A stretch of 64,000 nt of DNA from assembly GCA_030651035.1 (NCBI GenBank), contig JAUSCK010000293.1, forward strand, positions 12,973 through 76,972. The letters run 5' to 3'. The notes under the pieces are model-generated. The model saw only the letters and a list, made by a program, of their open reading frames with translations. It had not been told where the DNA came from and ran no database searches. The position numbers and the translations under genes are program-made. Shown in pieces: positions 25,963 to 34,893 of the stretch; the first letter of the stretch is position 1, and each line of letters starts with the position of its first letter. The stretch is from Elusimicrobiota bacterium (GTDB lineage: Bacteria; Elusimicrobiota; Elusimicrobia; Elusimicrobiales; UBA9959).

Positions 25963-26829
25963 ATGCACTGGAACCAGATCATGCGGAGCACAGTTATGAG
26001 CGGATTAAGGCTTTATAAAGTTGACCAGGGTGTGCTGCATATACTGATCGGAATATTCTTGCTTGGGACGGTCTGCGGATCTGGATATGCTGCGGACATT
26101 CACGTTCAAAAGAAGTTGCCCGGTAAAAGATCTGTGGAACTCCAGTCCTCTCTAGGCGTGGGCATTAGTAAAGGCAATAAAACGATGGTGTTAATTTCCT
26201 CAGGCGATTTTCAAATGGGTTCTGGCGGTGACCGGCATAAGGTTTACCTTGATGCTTACCACATCTACAGGCACGAGGTAACGTTGGACAAGTATCGGGA
26301 CTTTTCCAAAACCGCCGGCCGTAAAATGCCAGGGCAGGAGAAATGGAGCACTGACCGGCACCCTGTAGTTAATGTGGATTGGGACGATGCCGCCGCCTAC
26401 TGCAAATGGGCCGGCGGTCGTCTGCCCACTGAGGCGGAGTGGGAGAAAGCCGCGCGCGGCGGAACCAATACGGCGTACAGTTTTGGAGATGATACAAGCA
26501 AACTTGGCGAATACGCCTGGTACAATACTAATTCCAACAGCAAAGCGCACCCGGTAGGCCAGAAGAAGCCGAACCAATACGGCCTGTATGATATGCACGG
26601 CAATGTCTGGGAGTGGGTGTCTGACTGGTACGATGAGAATTATTATGCCAGAAGCCCCGGGAAGAATCCTGAAGGGCCGGCCTCCGGGACCCTCCGGGGG
26701 ATCCGTGGCGGGTCGTGGTACTACGACAGCTACAACCTGCGCGCGGCTAATCATGACAAGAACACCCCGGGCAACCGGCTTAATAACCTCGGCTTCCGTT
26801 GTGTGGTCCCCGCCCAGGACTCAAAATAA
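25963..26829 (+). CDS. formylglycine-generating-enzyme-family (SUMF1/FGE-sulfatase domain) protein, exported
   Basis: Signal anchor. RHPVVNVDWDDAAAYCKWAGGRLPTEAEWEKAARGG, YGLYDMHGNVWEWVSDWY, RGGSWY. Confidence 0.8.
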   Translation: MHWNQIMRSTVMSGLRLYKVDQGVLHILIGIFLLGTVCGSGYAADIHVQKKLPGKRSVELQSSLGVGISKGNKTMVLISSGDFQMGSGGDRHKVYLDAYHIYRHEVTLDKYRDFSKTAGRKMPGQEKWSTDRHPVVNVDWDDAAAYCKWAGGRLPTEAEWEKAARGGTNTAYSFGDDTSKLGEYAWYNTNSNSKAHPVGQKKPNQYGLYDMHGNVWEWVSDWYDENYYARSPGKNPEGPASGTLRGIRGGSWYYDSYNLRAANHDKNTPGNRLNNLGFRCVVPAQDSK

Positions 26830-27418
26830 TTACGGGGGTGAACTCCCGGCCTTCCCGCCACAAATCAGGCCATTTAAAGGTTTCAGCCACAGAGCGGGAC
26901 ACCCCCTCCAGGTGGGGGGGCTTCCTGGAAGATACGGCCGTCGGCAAAGTGGTTCTGGAAGCGGACAAACGCTTTAAAACTATAACCAGCGGCCTTGACC
27001 TAAACACTTATAAAGACATCCGGCCCGCTACCCGGGAACATGTCCCCGATTTCCTGACCGTCAGCGAAAGAGCGCTCCTTTCGGCCGGTCATAATACGGA
27101 CTGGGTAAAGACCAGGTTCTGGTTCTATCCTGATTCCATTGAAGTCCAGACCGATAAGACCAAACATTTTGCCAGGATAATAAACCCTCACTTTTTAGCT
27201 TATGCCGAGCGCAGCAGGGACGACTTTGCCTCTTCCGATGAGTTCGAGAAAAATAAAAAGCTCTGCTGCTGCCCGCGATAAGGAAGAACATCGACGACCT
27301 GAACAGCAGCTTCGACTATTATGCGGGCGCTTTTTCCGAATACGTGGAACTGGTAACCGTCGGACGGCTGATGGACAATGCCAACTGGACCCGCGGGTTG
27401 ATTACGAAGCTCTGCTAG
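26799..27418 (+). pseudogene. frameshifted gene remnant, unknown family
   Basis: Protein-like sequence ...DFASSDEFEKNKK ends at 27281. It resumes in another frame as ...IRKNIDDLNSSFDYYAGAFSEYVELVTVGRLMDNANW up to TAG 27416-27418. The junction lies at the run aaaaataaaaag. No convincing start codon. Confidence 0.4.
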
Positions 27419-27924
27419 TGCCGCCTAAAGAGCTATGCTTATCAGGCGGCCGAAGCCATAGAGCCCGCCCCGGCCGACGATTAACCCAAACGCTCCCCCT
27501 ACTCCCATCACGCCCGGCGATAACCGGGCGCAAAGGGCTTTTTTTAAATTGAAAGAAATACGCCGATTTTTTTGTATTATCACGAAATAGCAGGAAAGGG
27601 AGCTTTTCCTGAAAAATTTTTAAGCAGCGGAAAGAGGGCCGGCGGCCGGGAGAGGTGTTCGAGATAGCGCTGGATGAAATGTCGCCGCAAAAAGCGGAGG
27701 ACTTCGCCGTCCACCACCTGCCCACCACCAATATGCTGGCCGAGCTTCAGAAGGACTGCGGCGTAAAAGTGTTGATAATAGCGGTGCAGGTCCTGACGCT
27801 GCCGTCCGAATTGTCCTGCGTCCTGTCGGAGCCCATGGCCAAAGCCGTCCTCGAAGCGGCGTAAATGGTCACAAAAGAACTCAAAGCGGAGCTGTAAAGG
27901 TCATCCCCGGACCGCGGCTGCCGC

Positions 27925-28300
27925 GCACAAAGCGAGAGCCCCCGATGAACGGGGGCTCTTCACCTGGCACACGGGCCAGTAACCGCATTGGGGAGCCGGG
28001 GAGCCGACAGGCACTGAACGCGCCCGAAGGGCCGGAACACCCGCCCGGGGGCCGCCAAACGCGGGCCGAACCGGGGACCCCGGGGAACCGCCCCGCCAGA
28101 AGCGGGCCACGGACCGGAGAACCGCGCCGAAACCACCGCACCGAGACCAACTCGACCGCACACCGCACACCGCGCAGACCGGGCCCGACCGCACCAACCA
28201 AACCGCACCGCACACACCGCGCACACGACCGCCGCACACCGCAACCGCGGGGCCCGCGACCACACCGACCGGCGCAACCACTTGAAGAGAGCGAGACTAC
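27925..28300 (-). ncRNA. candidate orphan non-coding transcript, nearly adenine-free (G/U/C-only)
   Basis: Bounded by a consensus promoter (28335-28307) and a 10-bp GC hairpin (27934-27960) followed by GCUUUGUG. The + strand 28016-28281 has a single T (28152). GGUGUGCGG-type motifs are repeated. Confidence 0.5.
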
Positions 28301-28306
28301 ATTTCG

Positions 28307-28335
28307 AGTATAACAGAGGAAACTTGACTTGTCAA
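28307..28335 (-). promoter_or_regulatory. sigma-70 promoter, near-consensus
   Basis: Minus strand reads TTGACA (28335-28330), a 17-nt spacer, then TATACT (28312-28307). A likely start G lies near 28300. Confidence 0.7.
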
Positions 28336-28445
28336 GGCCTACGGGCAAAATAGCCCGGAAAAGATTTTTTCACGTCGGGGACTTTAAGCATGGGCCCTCG
28401 GCCGAAAAAGAAAAAAGTGCAGGCCGGCAATACCGTAAAAGCTGA

Positions 28446-29375
28446 TCAATGCTTAGCGAGGGCGGCTTTATATACCGACCACAGCCTGGCGGCGGTGTGG
28501 GTGGGCTGGCCGTAGGGGCTGCCGGGCAGGGACGCCCAGATATTATTCAGCTTGCCGAGGGCGGATGCAAAATTTTTATAATCGGAGGACCTGAGCACAA
28601 CATTGTAGGCGCCGGCGCGGCGAAAAATTTCTACCGCGGCTTTATCCTGGCTGGGCGGCGTGAAGTCGGCAAGGCCGAGATCCGGGGCCAGGCCGTCCCA
28701 GGTCCTGGAGAGGAACTGGTAGCGCCCGGCCGCGTCGGAACAGAGTTTGCCGGCGCATTTGCGCTTGCGCGGGTGGTCGGCATAGCTTTCGAAGGTGGCG
28801 TGGGTGAAAATATAGTTATAGGCATCGGTGGTTCCCTCGGCGTAGGCGAGGGTGTCCAGGAAAGCCCTTACGTTCCTGGGCAGTTCCCAGGCGCCGCCGG
28901 CCGAGCTGGAGGAAACGTACATCATGTAAATATAACCGCGGGTAAATTGGCAGCCGGGCAGGGGCGCCGCGAGGTCCACTATCATATGCTCGCCCTTAAA
29001 ACCGGGCTTAGCCGAAGCTTTGTAAAGCGTTTGCGGGGCGAGGGCGCATTTGCCGCTTCCCTCGCTCAGCGTCCCGTCATCGGCTTCGGAGAGCCTGAGG
29101 AAAGCCGCGTCCTTCCCTATATAAACGAAGTGCTCTTCCGTACCTTTATTCTCGCCGGGCCATTCGAAGCCGGGCTCATTATTGTTCGGGGGCAGGTATT
29201 GCTCTGCTTCCGTCAGCCCGTCGGCGCGGACCAGCTGTACGGCAGGGAGCGGCGAGGAAACCGTATTATCCGCGCCGTTGGCGCGCAGGAGTTCGTCAAA
29301 AGCCTGGGCCGAAGCGCAGAGGGGCGCGGCCAGGGTAATGAAAGCTGTAAGGGCGGCCGCGAATGTCTTCCTCAT
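28446..29375 (-). CDS. exported lambda-lysozyme-like (GH104-type) muramidase/transglycosylase domain protein
   Basis: Start at internal ATG 29375 (MRKTFAAALTAFITLAAPLCASAQA signal peptide). C-terminal FLDTLAYAEGT...ADHPRK...SDAAGRYQFLSRTWD resembles the phage-lambda R-type lysozyme core. Confidence 0.65.
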   Translation of the reverse strand: MRKTFAAALTAFITLAAPLCASAQAFDELLRANGADNTVSSPLPAVQLVRADGLTEAEQYLPPNNNEPGFEWPGENKGTEEHFVYIGKDAAFLRLSEADDGTLSEGSGKCALAPQTLYKASAKPGFKGEHMIVDLAAPLPGCQFTRGYIYMMYVSSSSAGGAWELPRNVRAFLDTLAYAEGTTDAYNYIFTHATFESYADHPRKRKCAGKLCSDAAGRYQFLSRTWDGLAPDLGLADFTPPSQDKAAVEIFRRAGAYNVVLRSSDYKNFASALGKLNNIWASLPGSPYGQPTHTAARLWSVYKAALAKH

Positions 29376-29463
29376 ATTTATATTATTGCAGGAGGAAGCG
29401 GCGGGGTGAAGGGCCATGCGGCCCTGGCGGGGATAGGCCTTTAGGGCAGGACGCGGACAGAGG

Positions 29464-30297
29464 CTATTTGTCCTTGAACAGCTTCGCGGCCTTAGCGTTG
29501 GAGGTAACTATCCCGGTGATCATGGCCGAGCTGAAGCCGTGGTGCTCCATTTCATTGAGGCCTTCTATGGTGCAGCCGCGCGGGGTGGTGACCTTGTCTA
29601 TCTCGCTTTCCGGGTGGCCCTCCCGGCCCAGGAGCAGCGAGGCCGCGCCCCGGGCGGTCTGCGCGGCCATCACAAGAGCTTCCTCGGAATGAAAACCTAT
29701 CTGGGTCCCGCCCTGCGAGGCGGCGCGTATCGCGCGCAGGAAAAAAGCTATGCCGCAGCCGGTCAGCGCGGTGGCGGAAAGCATCAATTCCTCTCTTATG
29801 ACCAGGGTTTTCCCCAGCGCGTCAAAAATATCCTTCGCTTTGGCCAGCGCGTCGCGGCTCACCGGGGCGGCGCAGAGGCAGGTCATGGCCTCGCGTATCG
29901 AGATGGCGGTATTGGTCATGGCCCTGACCAGGCTGACCTTCTTTTTCATCCAGCCGGAGATCTGCGCCATGGTAACGCCGGAAACAATGGAAATTACTAT
30001 ATGCCGCCCGTTCAGCGCGGGGCGGATATCTTTCACCGCGGCCTCCGCTTCCTGCGGCCCCACGGCGAGCAGGATTATGCCGGCGCTTTTTACGGCGGCG
30101 CGGTTATCGGACATTACTGTAAATTTTTCAGCGCGAAAAGCCTCAAGTAATTCCGGGCGGCGGCGGGTGAGGATGATCTCCTCCGGCCGAAAGTGCCCGG
30201 AAGCGGCCAGGCCCCTGGCGATGGCCGCGCCGATATTCCCGGCCCCGATGATGGCTATTTTTCCGCCGCCGGTCTTCAAGGTTTTATTCTGTTTCAT
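29464..30297 (-). CDS. proC: pyrroline-5-carboxylate reductase
   Basis: KIAIIGAGNIGAAIARGL Rossmann motif, RAMTNTA, and VTTPRGCTIEGLNEMEHHGF typical ProC C-terminus. Confidence 0.9.
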   Translation of the reverse strand: MKQNKTLKTGGGKIAIIGAGNIGAAIARGLAASGHFRPEEIILTRRRPELLEAFRAEKFTVMSDNRAAVKSAGIILLAVGPQEAEAAVKDIRPALNGRHIVISIVSGVTMAQISGWMKKKVSLVRAMTNTAISIREAMTCLCAAPVSRDALAKAKDIFDALGKTLVIREELMLSATALTGCGIAFFLRAIRAASQGGTQIGFHSEEALVMAAQTARGAASLLLGREGHPESEIDKVTTPRGCTIEGLNEMEHHGFSSAMITGIVTSNAKAAKLFKDK

Positions 30298-30390
30298 ATT
30301 TTTTATCCCCAGTGGAAAGGGGTCGGAAAGGGGTCAGGTCTTGAAATTTGCAATTTGTTCCGGCCGCCGGGGATACTGTGGGCTGGTGCT

Positions 30391-30427
30391 AAAAAACCAG
30401 GCCCGTATTGTGGTCGGCCTGGCTTTT
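30391..30427. terminator. bidirectional intrinsic terminator
   Basis: AAAAAACCAGGCCcgtattgtggtcGGCCTGGCTTTT: a 7-bp GC stem flanked by an A-run and a T-run. Confidence 0.6.
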
Positions 30428-30467
30428 CAGGGTGTGGATCGGTCAATCCGCCCGGCGGTTTCCGGAC

Positions 30468-30755
30468 TTATTCCTTCTTAGCACCCTGCTTCTCAAACTC
30501 GAACTTCTCCTGCTCGAGCTTCAGCTTTGCTTTTTCCAGCTCCAGTTTCTCCCGCTCCAGCTTCAGGGCCTCGCTGTCCGTGGCGGCCGCAACCGGCTCC
30601 TGCAGAAGATTATTCCCTAAATCCTGCGCCGCTCCCGGCTCCGCCGTATTTACCGGCATAACGTTATCGTTAAATTCCTGTGGAACTATCACCTGCACCG
30701 CATTCTGCGCCGGCGCGGCCGCAGCGGCCGCCGAATTGCCGAAGTACCAGCGCAT
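30468..30755 (-). CDS. Ala/Pro-rich protein with C-terminal coiled-coil (or C-terminal part of the upstream gene)
   Basis: MRWYFGN...EKLELEKAKLKLEQEKFEFEK. ATG lies 8 nt after the upstream stop. The frame stays open upstream through an A7 run. Confidence 0.4.
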   Translation of the reverse strand: MRWYFGNSAAAAAAPAQNAVQVIVPQEFNDNVMPVNTAEPGAAQDLGNNLLQEPVAAATDSEALKLEREKLELEKAKLKLEQEKFEFEKQGAKKE

Positions 30756-30763
30756 AGCGACAT

Positions 30764-31315
30764 TTACCCGCCGGCCTGCGCGTGCGGGATCATTTTTTTC
30801 TGCGTAAATGTGGCCTTTTCCTGGTAGTCCGTGCCGTTAGTGTTATTGACCCTATACTCGCTGATCGACGTAACAAAATCCCCGCCACCGCCAAGAAAGA
30901 AGGAGGCCCCGCCGCCCTCCGTGCCTAATTTAAGATACAGATCAACAGGGACATAGGTTGTTTTGGTATCAAGTTCCGTGTTTTTATATCCGCTGGCGTA
31001 TGTCAGACGATGTTGCGAAAAAACTACCGGCATCACCCCGTAACCCGCCGAAAGTCCCAGACGAACCAGTGAATTGCCTTCCATAAAAAAGCCGGCGGAA
31101 CCCCCAACGTTATTTTCCTCCACGCCGTCCGTATACCCTCCGACACTGTTACCGGTGCGCGCGGACCATTTTATTAAAGTGGCTCTGGTAGTCAGCAGAT
31201 CTTTCCCCTCCATTTTATAGGACGAGGCGTTAAAGTCGGTCCCCCAGCGGGCGTGAGATAACGGCGCTATAAATAGCAATCCCAGCGCCGCATAAACAGT
31301 TGTTTTATTTTTCAT
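30764..31315 (-). CDS. exported beta-rich protein, outer-membrane-protein-like
   Basis: Signal peptide MKNKTTVYAALGLLFIAPLSHA followed by alternating Gly/aromatic beta-strand-like segments. Confidence 0.5.
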   Translation of the reverse strand: MKNKTTVYAALGLLFIAPLSHARWGTDFNASSYKMEGKDLLTTRATLIKWSARTGNSVGGYTDGVEENNVGGSAGFFMEGNSLVRLGLSAGYGVMPVVFSQHRLTYASGYKNTELDTKTTYVPVDLYLKLGTEGGGASFFLGGGGDFVTSISEYRVNNTNGTDYQEKATFTQKKMIPHAQAGG

Positions 31316-31564
31316 TTTCCCCTCTAGTTTAAACTTTAAGCCTGCCCCTGTATATTGCGCCTTGCTTCCATTAGCTACGCATTACCGGACTGGAGGCCGG
31401 AATTAATAAACGAAAATCAATTATAGCATCTTTATGTGTTTTAGCATTTCCTGGCGTTGGCCCCGCCGCGAAACGCGGCTTCCCACCTGGAAACAGGAGA
31501 CAGACACGAATGGTGCGCCTGTTCGGCTGCATGCGGGCTTTCAGCTCGCATCGGGCAGGTTCCC

Positions 31565-32398
31565 TCACTTAACTCCTAAACGCTCCCTGATAAATCGTGC
31601 GCGTTTAAGATAGTCCTGGGATAAGGGGAGCTCCCCTTTTTTGGCATACAGGCGGCCAAGGCCTTCCAGCCCCTTTGCCAGGCCCGGCGAATATTCCACC
31701 AGGCGGTCTTCCTCAACGGACTCGGTAAAGCCGGCGATAGCGTCGTCAGTTCTTCCTTCGCGCTCCGCCAGGCTGCCCAGATTCTGCAGGCATGCCGCGG
31801 CCAGCCGGTGCTGCTTCTGGCTCCTGGCTGAAGCCAGGGCCTCTTCAAAATATTTCCGGGCCCGCGCGTGCTCCCCCATATCAAGCGCCAGGAGGCCCAT
31901 ATTGTTGATAACTATCGCGCGGCCGTTTTTATCGCCAGCTTCCCGCGCCAGCTCCAGCGCCTTCTTAAACCCGGCCGCGGCAGCTTCATGCCTGCCCTGC
32001 AGGCGGAGAACATTGCCTGAATTGTTAAGGTTTATGGCCAGCCCCTTTTTGTTTTTAATTTCAGCGTTGAGCTGGCCGGCCTTTAAAAACTTTTCTTCAG
32101 CGGGGGGAAGCTCTCCCGCTTCCACGTACAGCTGCCCGAGATTATTCAGGCTCTCAGCCATGCCCGCCCTGTCGTCTATCTCCATCGCCTGGGCCAGCGC
32201 CCTGTCATAAAACCTGGACGCGTCCGCGTAATCGCCGCGGAAATACGAGTCGTTGCCGCGCAGGTTGAGATTTTTTGCCGCATTGTGGCGGTCGTTGACG
32301 ACATAGGAGCGGGACGAACAGGCCGCGAGCAGAAGCGGGAACAGGAACAAGGCTTTCCGTGCGCCTCCGGGCCGGCTTTTTTTCGGTTTAATTGTCAT
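31565..32398 (-). CDS. TPR-repeat lipoprotein
   Basis: Lipobox LLLAACSS. Repeated 34-residue A/L/G/Y-pattern TPR units. Confidence 0.7.
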   Translation of the reverse strand: MTIKPKKSRPGGARKALFLFPLLLAACSSRSYVVNDRHNAAKNLNLRGNDSYFRGDYADASRFYDRALAQAMEIDDRAGMAESLNNLGQLYVEAGELPPAEEKFLKAGQLNAEIKNKKGLAINLNNSGNVLRLQGRHEAAAAGFKKALELAREAGDKNGRAIVINNMGLLALDMGEHARARKYFEEALASARSQKQHRLAAACLQNLGSLAEREGRTDDAIAGFTESVEEDRLVEYSPGLAKGLEGLGRLYAKKGELPLSQDYLKRARFIRERLGVK

Positions 32399-32412
32399 TC
32401 TGAGCGGCCCGG

Positions 32413-33282
32413 TCAGGGAGTCCTCCCCTCGGAACCAAGAGCGGCGTCTTCCTTCATTCTGTTCTCAATATTGCCCCTGATGAAAAAATTCTTTTGAAGC
32501 GAGCGGATCACCTTCTCCGATTCCTCCAGGTCCGTCCTGGCCGCTGAAATCGACGCCTTGAGCTCAGGCGTGGAATTTTCCATGCCCGCAAGGACAGCAT
32601 CTAAATGAGCCGACGCGGAACTCAGCTTGTCATAAAGTTCGCGCTTTTGCATCAGCAGCCCGACAGTTCCCTGCTCCGAGTCGAGCGCGTCGGATAATTT
32701 CCTGGTGGCCGTATTGAGATTGGTGAGGGCCTGCATAAGGTCGCCCTGCGGGTTTTGCAGGTTTTTCGTGGTCGCGTTGAGGCTGGCGAGCGTCTGCATG
32801 AGGTTCCCGCGGGGGTCTTGCAGATCCCTGATAAGCCGCGTAGTAGTATCTATAAGAGGTTTAAAGTCTGTTTTTCCCTCGTCCACCGACGGAATGACGT
32901 CGTCCTTGGCCAGGGGCACGGCGCTGTCCGGGCCGGGGATTATCTCCAGGCTGTTCGAGCCGATCAGCGGCTGCACGAGCGAGATGCTGGCGCCTGAATT
33001 AATTCTGCCGGCGTAATGGCGGAATACCCTGATCCCCACTTTAACTCTGTTGTCCGGCCCCAGGTCGACGGAATAAACATGGCCGGCGTCCAGGCCTTTA
33101 ATGGTAACGCCTGTCCCCACCCGCAGCCCCTTCCCCTCTTCAAGATACGTCACGTACTGGTTATACGCCTGCAGCCATTTCTGGCCGCGCGCCACGATCA
33201 CAAGCAGGATGATCACTATCACGCAGGAGAGAAGGAAAAATCCTCCGACTAGCTTCTGTCTGTGTTTGAATTTAAAATGCAT
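32413..33282 (-). CDS. MCE/MlaD-family substrate-binding protein
   Basis: Start at internal ATG 33282 (MHFKFKHRQKLVGGFFLL... TM anchor). GLRVGTGVTIKGLDAGHVYSV is a typical MCE core. Confidence 0.75.
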   Translation of the reverse strand: MHFKFKHRQKLVGGFFLLSCVIVIILLVIVARGQKWLQAYNQYVTYLEEGKGLRVGTGVTIKGLDAGHVYSVDLGPDNRVKVGIRVFRHYAGRINSGASISLVQPLIGSNSLEIIPGPDSAVPLAKDDVIPSVDEGKTDFKPLIDTTTRLIRDLQDPRGNLMQTLASLNATTKNLQNPQGDLMQALTNLNTATRKLSDALDSEQGTVGLLMQKRELYDKLSSASAHLDAVLAGMENSTPELKASISAARTDLEESEKVIRSLQKNFFIRGNIENRMKEDAALGSEGRTP

Positions 33283-33319
33283 AGTCGCTGATAGTATTAT
33301 GGCCGAAAACTCCGGGCTT

Positions 33320-34042
33320 TTACAAGTCCCGGCCGCCGGGCAGGCCGGCAAGTGTCCCCGCGCCTTTCAACGGGCCCAGGTAGCCGATCTTCCCGCCATC
33401 CAGCGTCAGCACCCTGTCGGCGGACCTGAACAGCAGCCCCCTGCTCTGCGTGGTCAGGAGCTGGCCGACGCCTTTTTTCTTCTGCTCCTGTATCTCGTCC
33501 CCGAGCAGACTGATGAACGCGTCGTCAGCGTCCTGCGTGGGGCTGTCCCAGAAAAGAAAGTCGCGCCCCAGCAGCGCCGTCCTGATGAAAGAGACCTTCT
33601 GCCGCACGCCCGACGACAGCGCGGCCGGGAGCGATTTGCCCGCCGCCCCGAGGTTCAGCCGCCCGAGCCAGGCGTTGATCGAGCTTTCTATCTCGCTTTC
33701 CGCCAGGTCCCCGTAATAGCGGAGCGGCAGCGCGAGGTTGTCGAACACGTTCATGTTAGCGACCAGCGCGGCCTCCTGGAACGAGAAGCCCATCCTGTGC
33801 CTGAGCTCCAGCTGCCCGCCGGCGGAAAGCTCCCAGAAATTCTTCCCGTCCACCAGCAGGCTGCCTCCGGTCGGCGGTAAAAGTCCCGCGCAAAGCTTCA
33901 GCAGAGTGGTCTTGCCCGCGCCGACCGGCGCGACGACCGCCAGGACCTCTCCCGGGCTCACTGAAAACGAGGCCGACCGCACTATATCTTCGCCGCCTTC
34001 ATAGGCGAAGGATAAGTCTTTTAGCTCTATTTTTACGGCCAT
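33320..34042 (-). CDS. ABC transporter ATP-binding protein (MlaF-like)
   Basis: Walker A PVGAGKTTLLK, signature-like LSSGVRQKVS, and a Walker B region. Confidence 0.8.
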   Translation of the reverse strand: MAVKIELKDLSFAYEGGEDIVRSASFSVSPGEVLAVVAPVGAGKTTLLKLCAGLLPPTGGSLLVDGKNFWELSAGGQLELRHRMGFSFQEAALVANMNVFDNLALPLRYYGDLAESEIESSINAWLGRLNLGAAGKSLPAALSSGVRQKVSFIRTALLGRDFLFWDSPTQDADDAFISLLGDEIQEQKKKGVGQLLTTQSRGLLFRSADRVLTLDGGKIGYLGPLKGAGTLAGLPGGRDL

Positions 34043-34045
34043 ATT

Positions 34046-34858
34046 TTAAATATAGAAAAACGCCGTTATGATTATGTTGACGGCGAAACAGGCGTATATC
34101 GACCAGACCACCGCCCGCGTGGCCACCTGCGGGATCTCCGTAAAGGAAAATTTTACGGAGAAGCCCTGGTAGCAGCAGATGACCGCCACTATTATCCCGA
34201 AGAAAAAGCACTTGAGGCCGCTGACGGCTACGTCCCAGAAGCCGAGGGCGCGGCTGAGGTCGTCCAGGAACATCATGAAAGGGTATTGTATGATGAACCT
34301 CGACACCAGATAGCCCCCGAACAGGGCCACTATGGTGAAAAAGAACGAGAGGCAGAATACGGCTACCGACATCCCCACTATCCTGGGGAATACCACGTAG
34401 CGGACAGGGTTTATGCCCATCATTTCAAGCGCCTGTATCTCGTGGTTGACCATCATGTAGCCGATCTCTGTAGAGATCGCGGTGCCGGACCTGCCTATTA
34501 TTATGAACGCGGTAATAATGGGCCCCAGCTCCCTTACTACCACGACGACCAGGATCCTGCCTATCATGGGATCTCCGCCAAGGTCCGGCACTAAAGAAAA
34601 AGTTTCGATGATGGTCGCCGCGCCTAAAAGCAGCGCGATAACGCCCACTATCGTCATGGCCTCAACGCCCGTAAAAAGTATCTGGTTCATCGCCACGTCG
34701 AAAACCATTCTCTTTCCGGGGCGGCGCTTGTCGAGGCCCGCCCTCAGGGACTCCAGAAAGAGGGTGCTCATATCAAGCAAATGAGAGAGGTACCGGCCGG
34801 CCGCGGCGCCGGTCCGTTCTAAAATATTCGTCGACGTAGATATAGCTGCTTGCAGCAT
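34046..34858 (-). CDS. ABC transporter permease (MlaE-like)
   Basis: 270-aa polytopic protein. MNQILFTGVEAMTIVGVIALLLGA and RELGPIITAFIIIGRSGTAISTEIG are typical of the MlaE/Ttg2B family. Confidence 0.8.
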   Translation of the reverse strand: MLQAAISTSTNILERTGAAAGRYLSHLLDMSTLFLESLRAGLDKRRPGKRMVFDVAMNQILFTGVEAMTIVGVIALLLGAATIIETFSLVPDLGGDPMIGRILVVVVVRELGPIITAFIIIGRSGTAISTEIGYMMVNHEIQALEMMGINPVRYVVFPRIVGMSVAVFCLSFFFTIVALFGGYLVSRFIIQYPFMMFLDDLSRALGFWDVAVSGLKCFFFGIIVAVICCYQGFSVKFSFTEIPQVATRAVVWSIYACFAVNIIITAFFYI

Positions 34859-34893
34859 TATAGTAGCCCGGCCCCGCCTCTGCCGGGGTCAGT

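Noticed and set aside
27881-28348. Four overlapping 105-155-aa ORFs on both strands (27881..28348-, 27901..28281-, 27945..28313+, 27960..28277-), including a Pro/Arg/Thr-rich 122-aa + strand product.
   Set aside because: They exist only because the segment lacks T on the + strand (A on the minus strand), so no stop codon can occur in any frame. The + strand ATG sits in the loop of the GC hairpin without a ribosome-binding site. T is avoided at synonymous third positions too, which coding constraint would not require.
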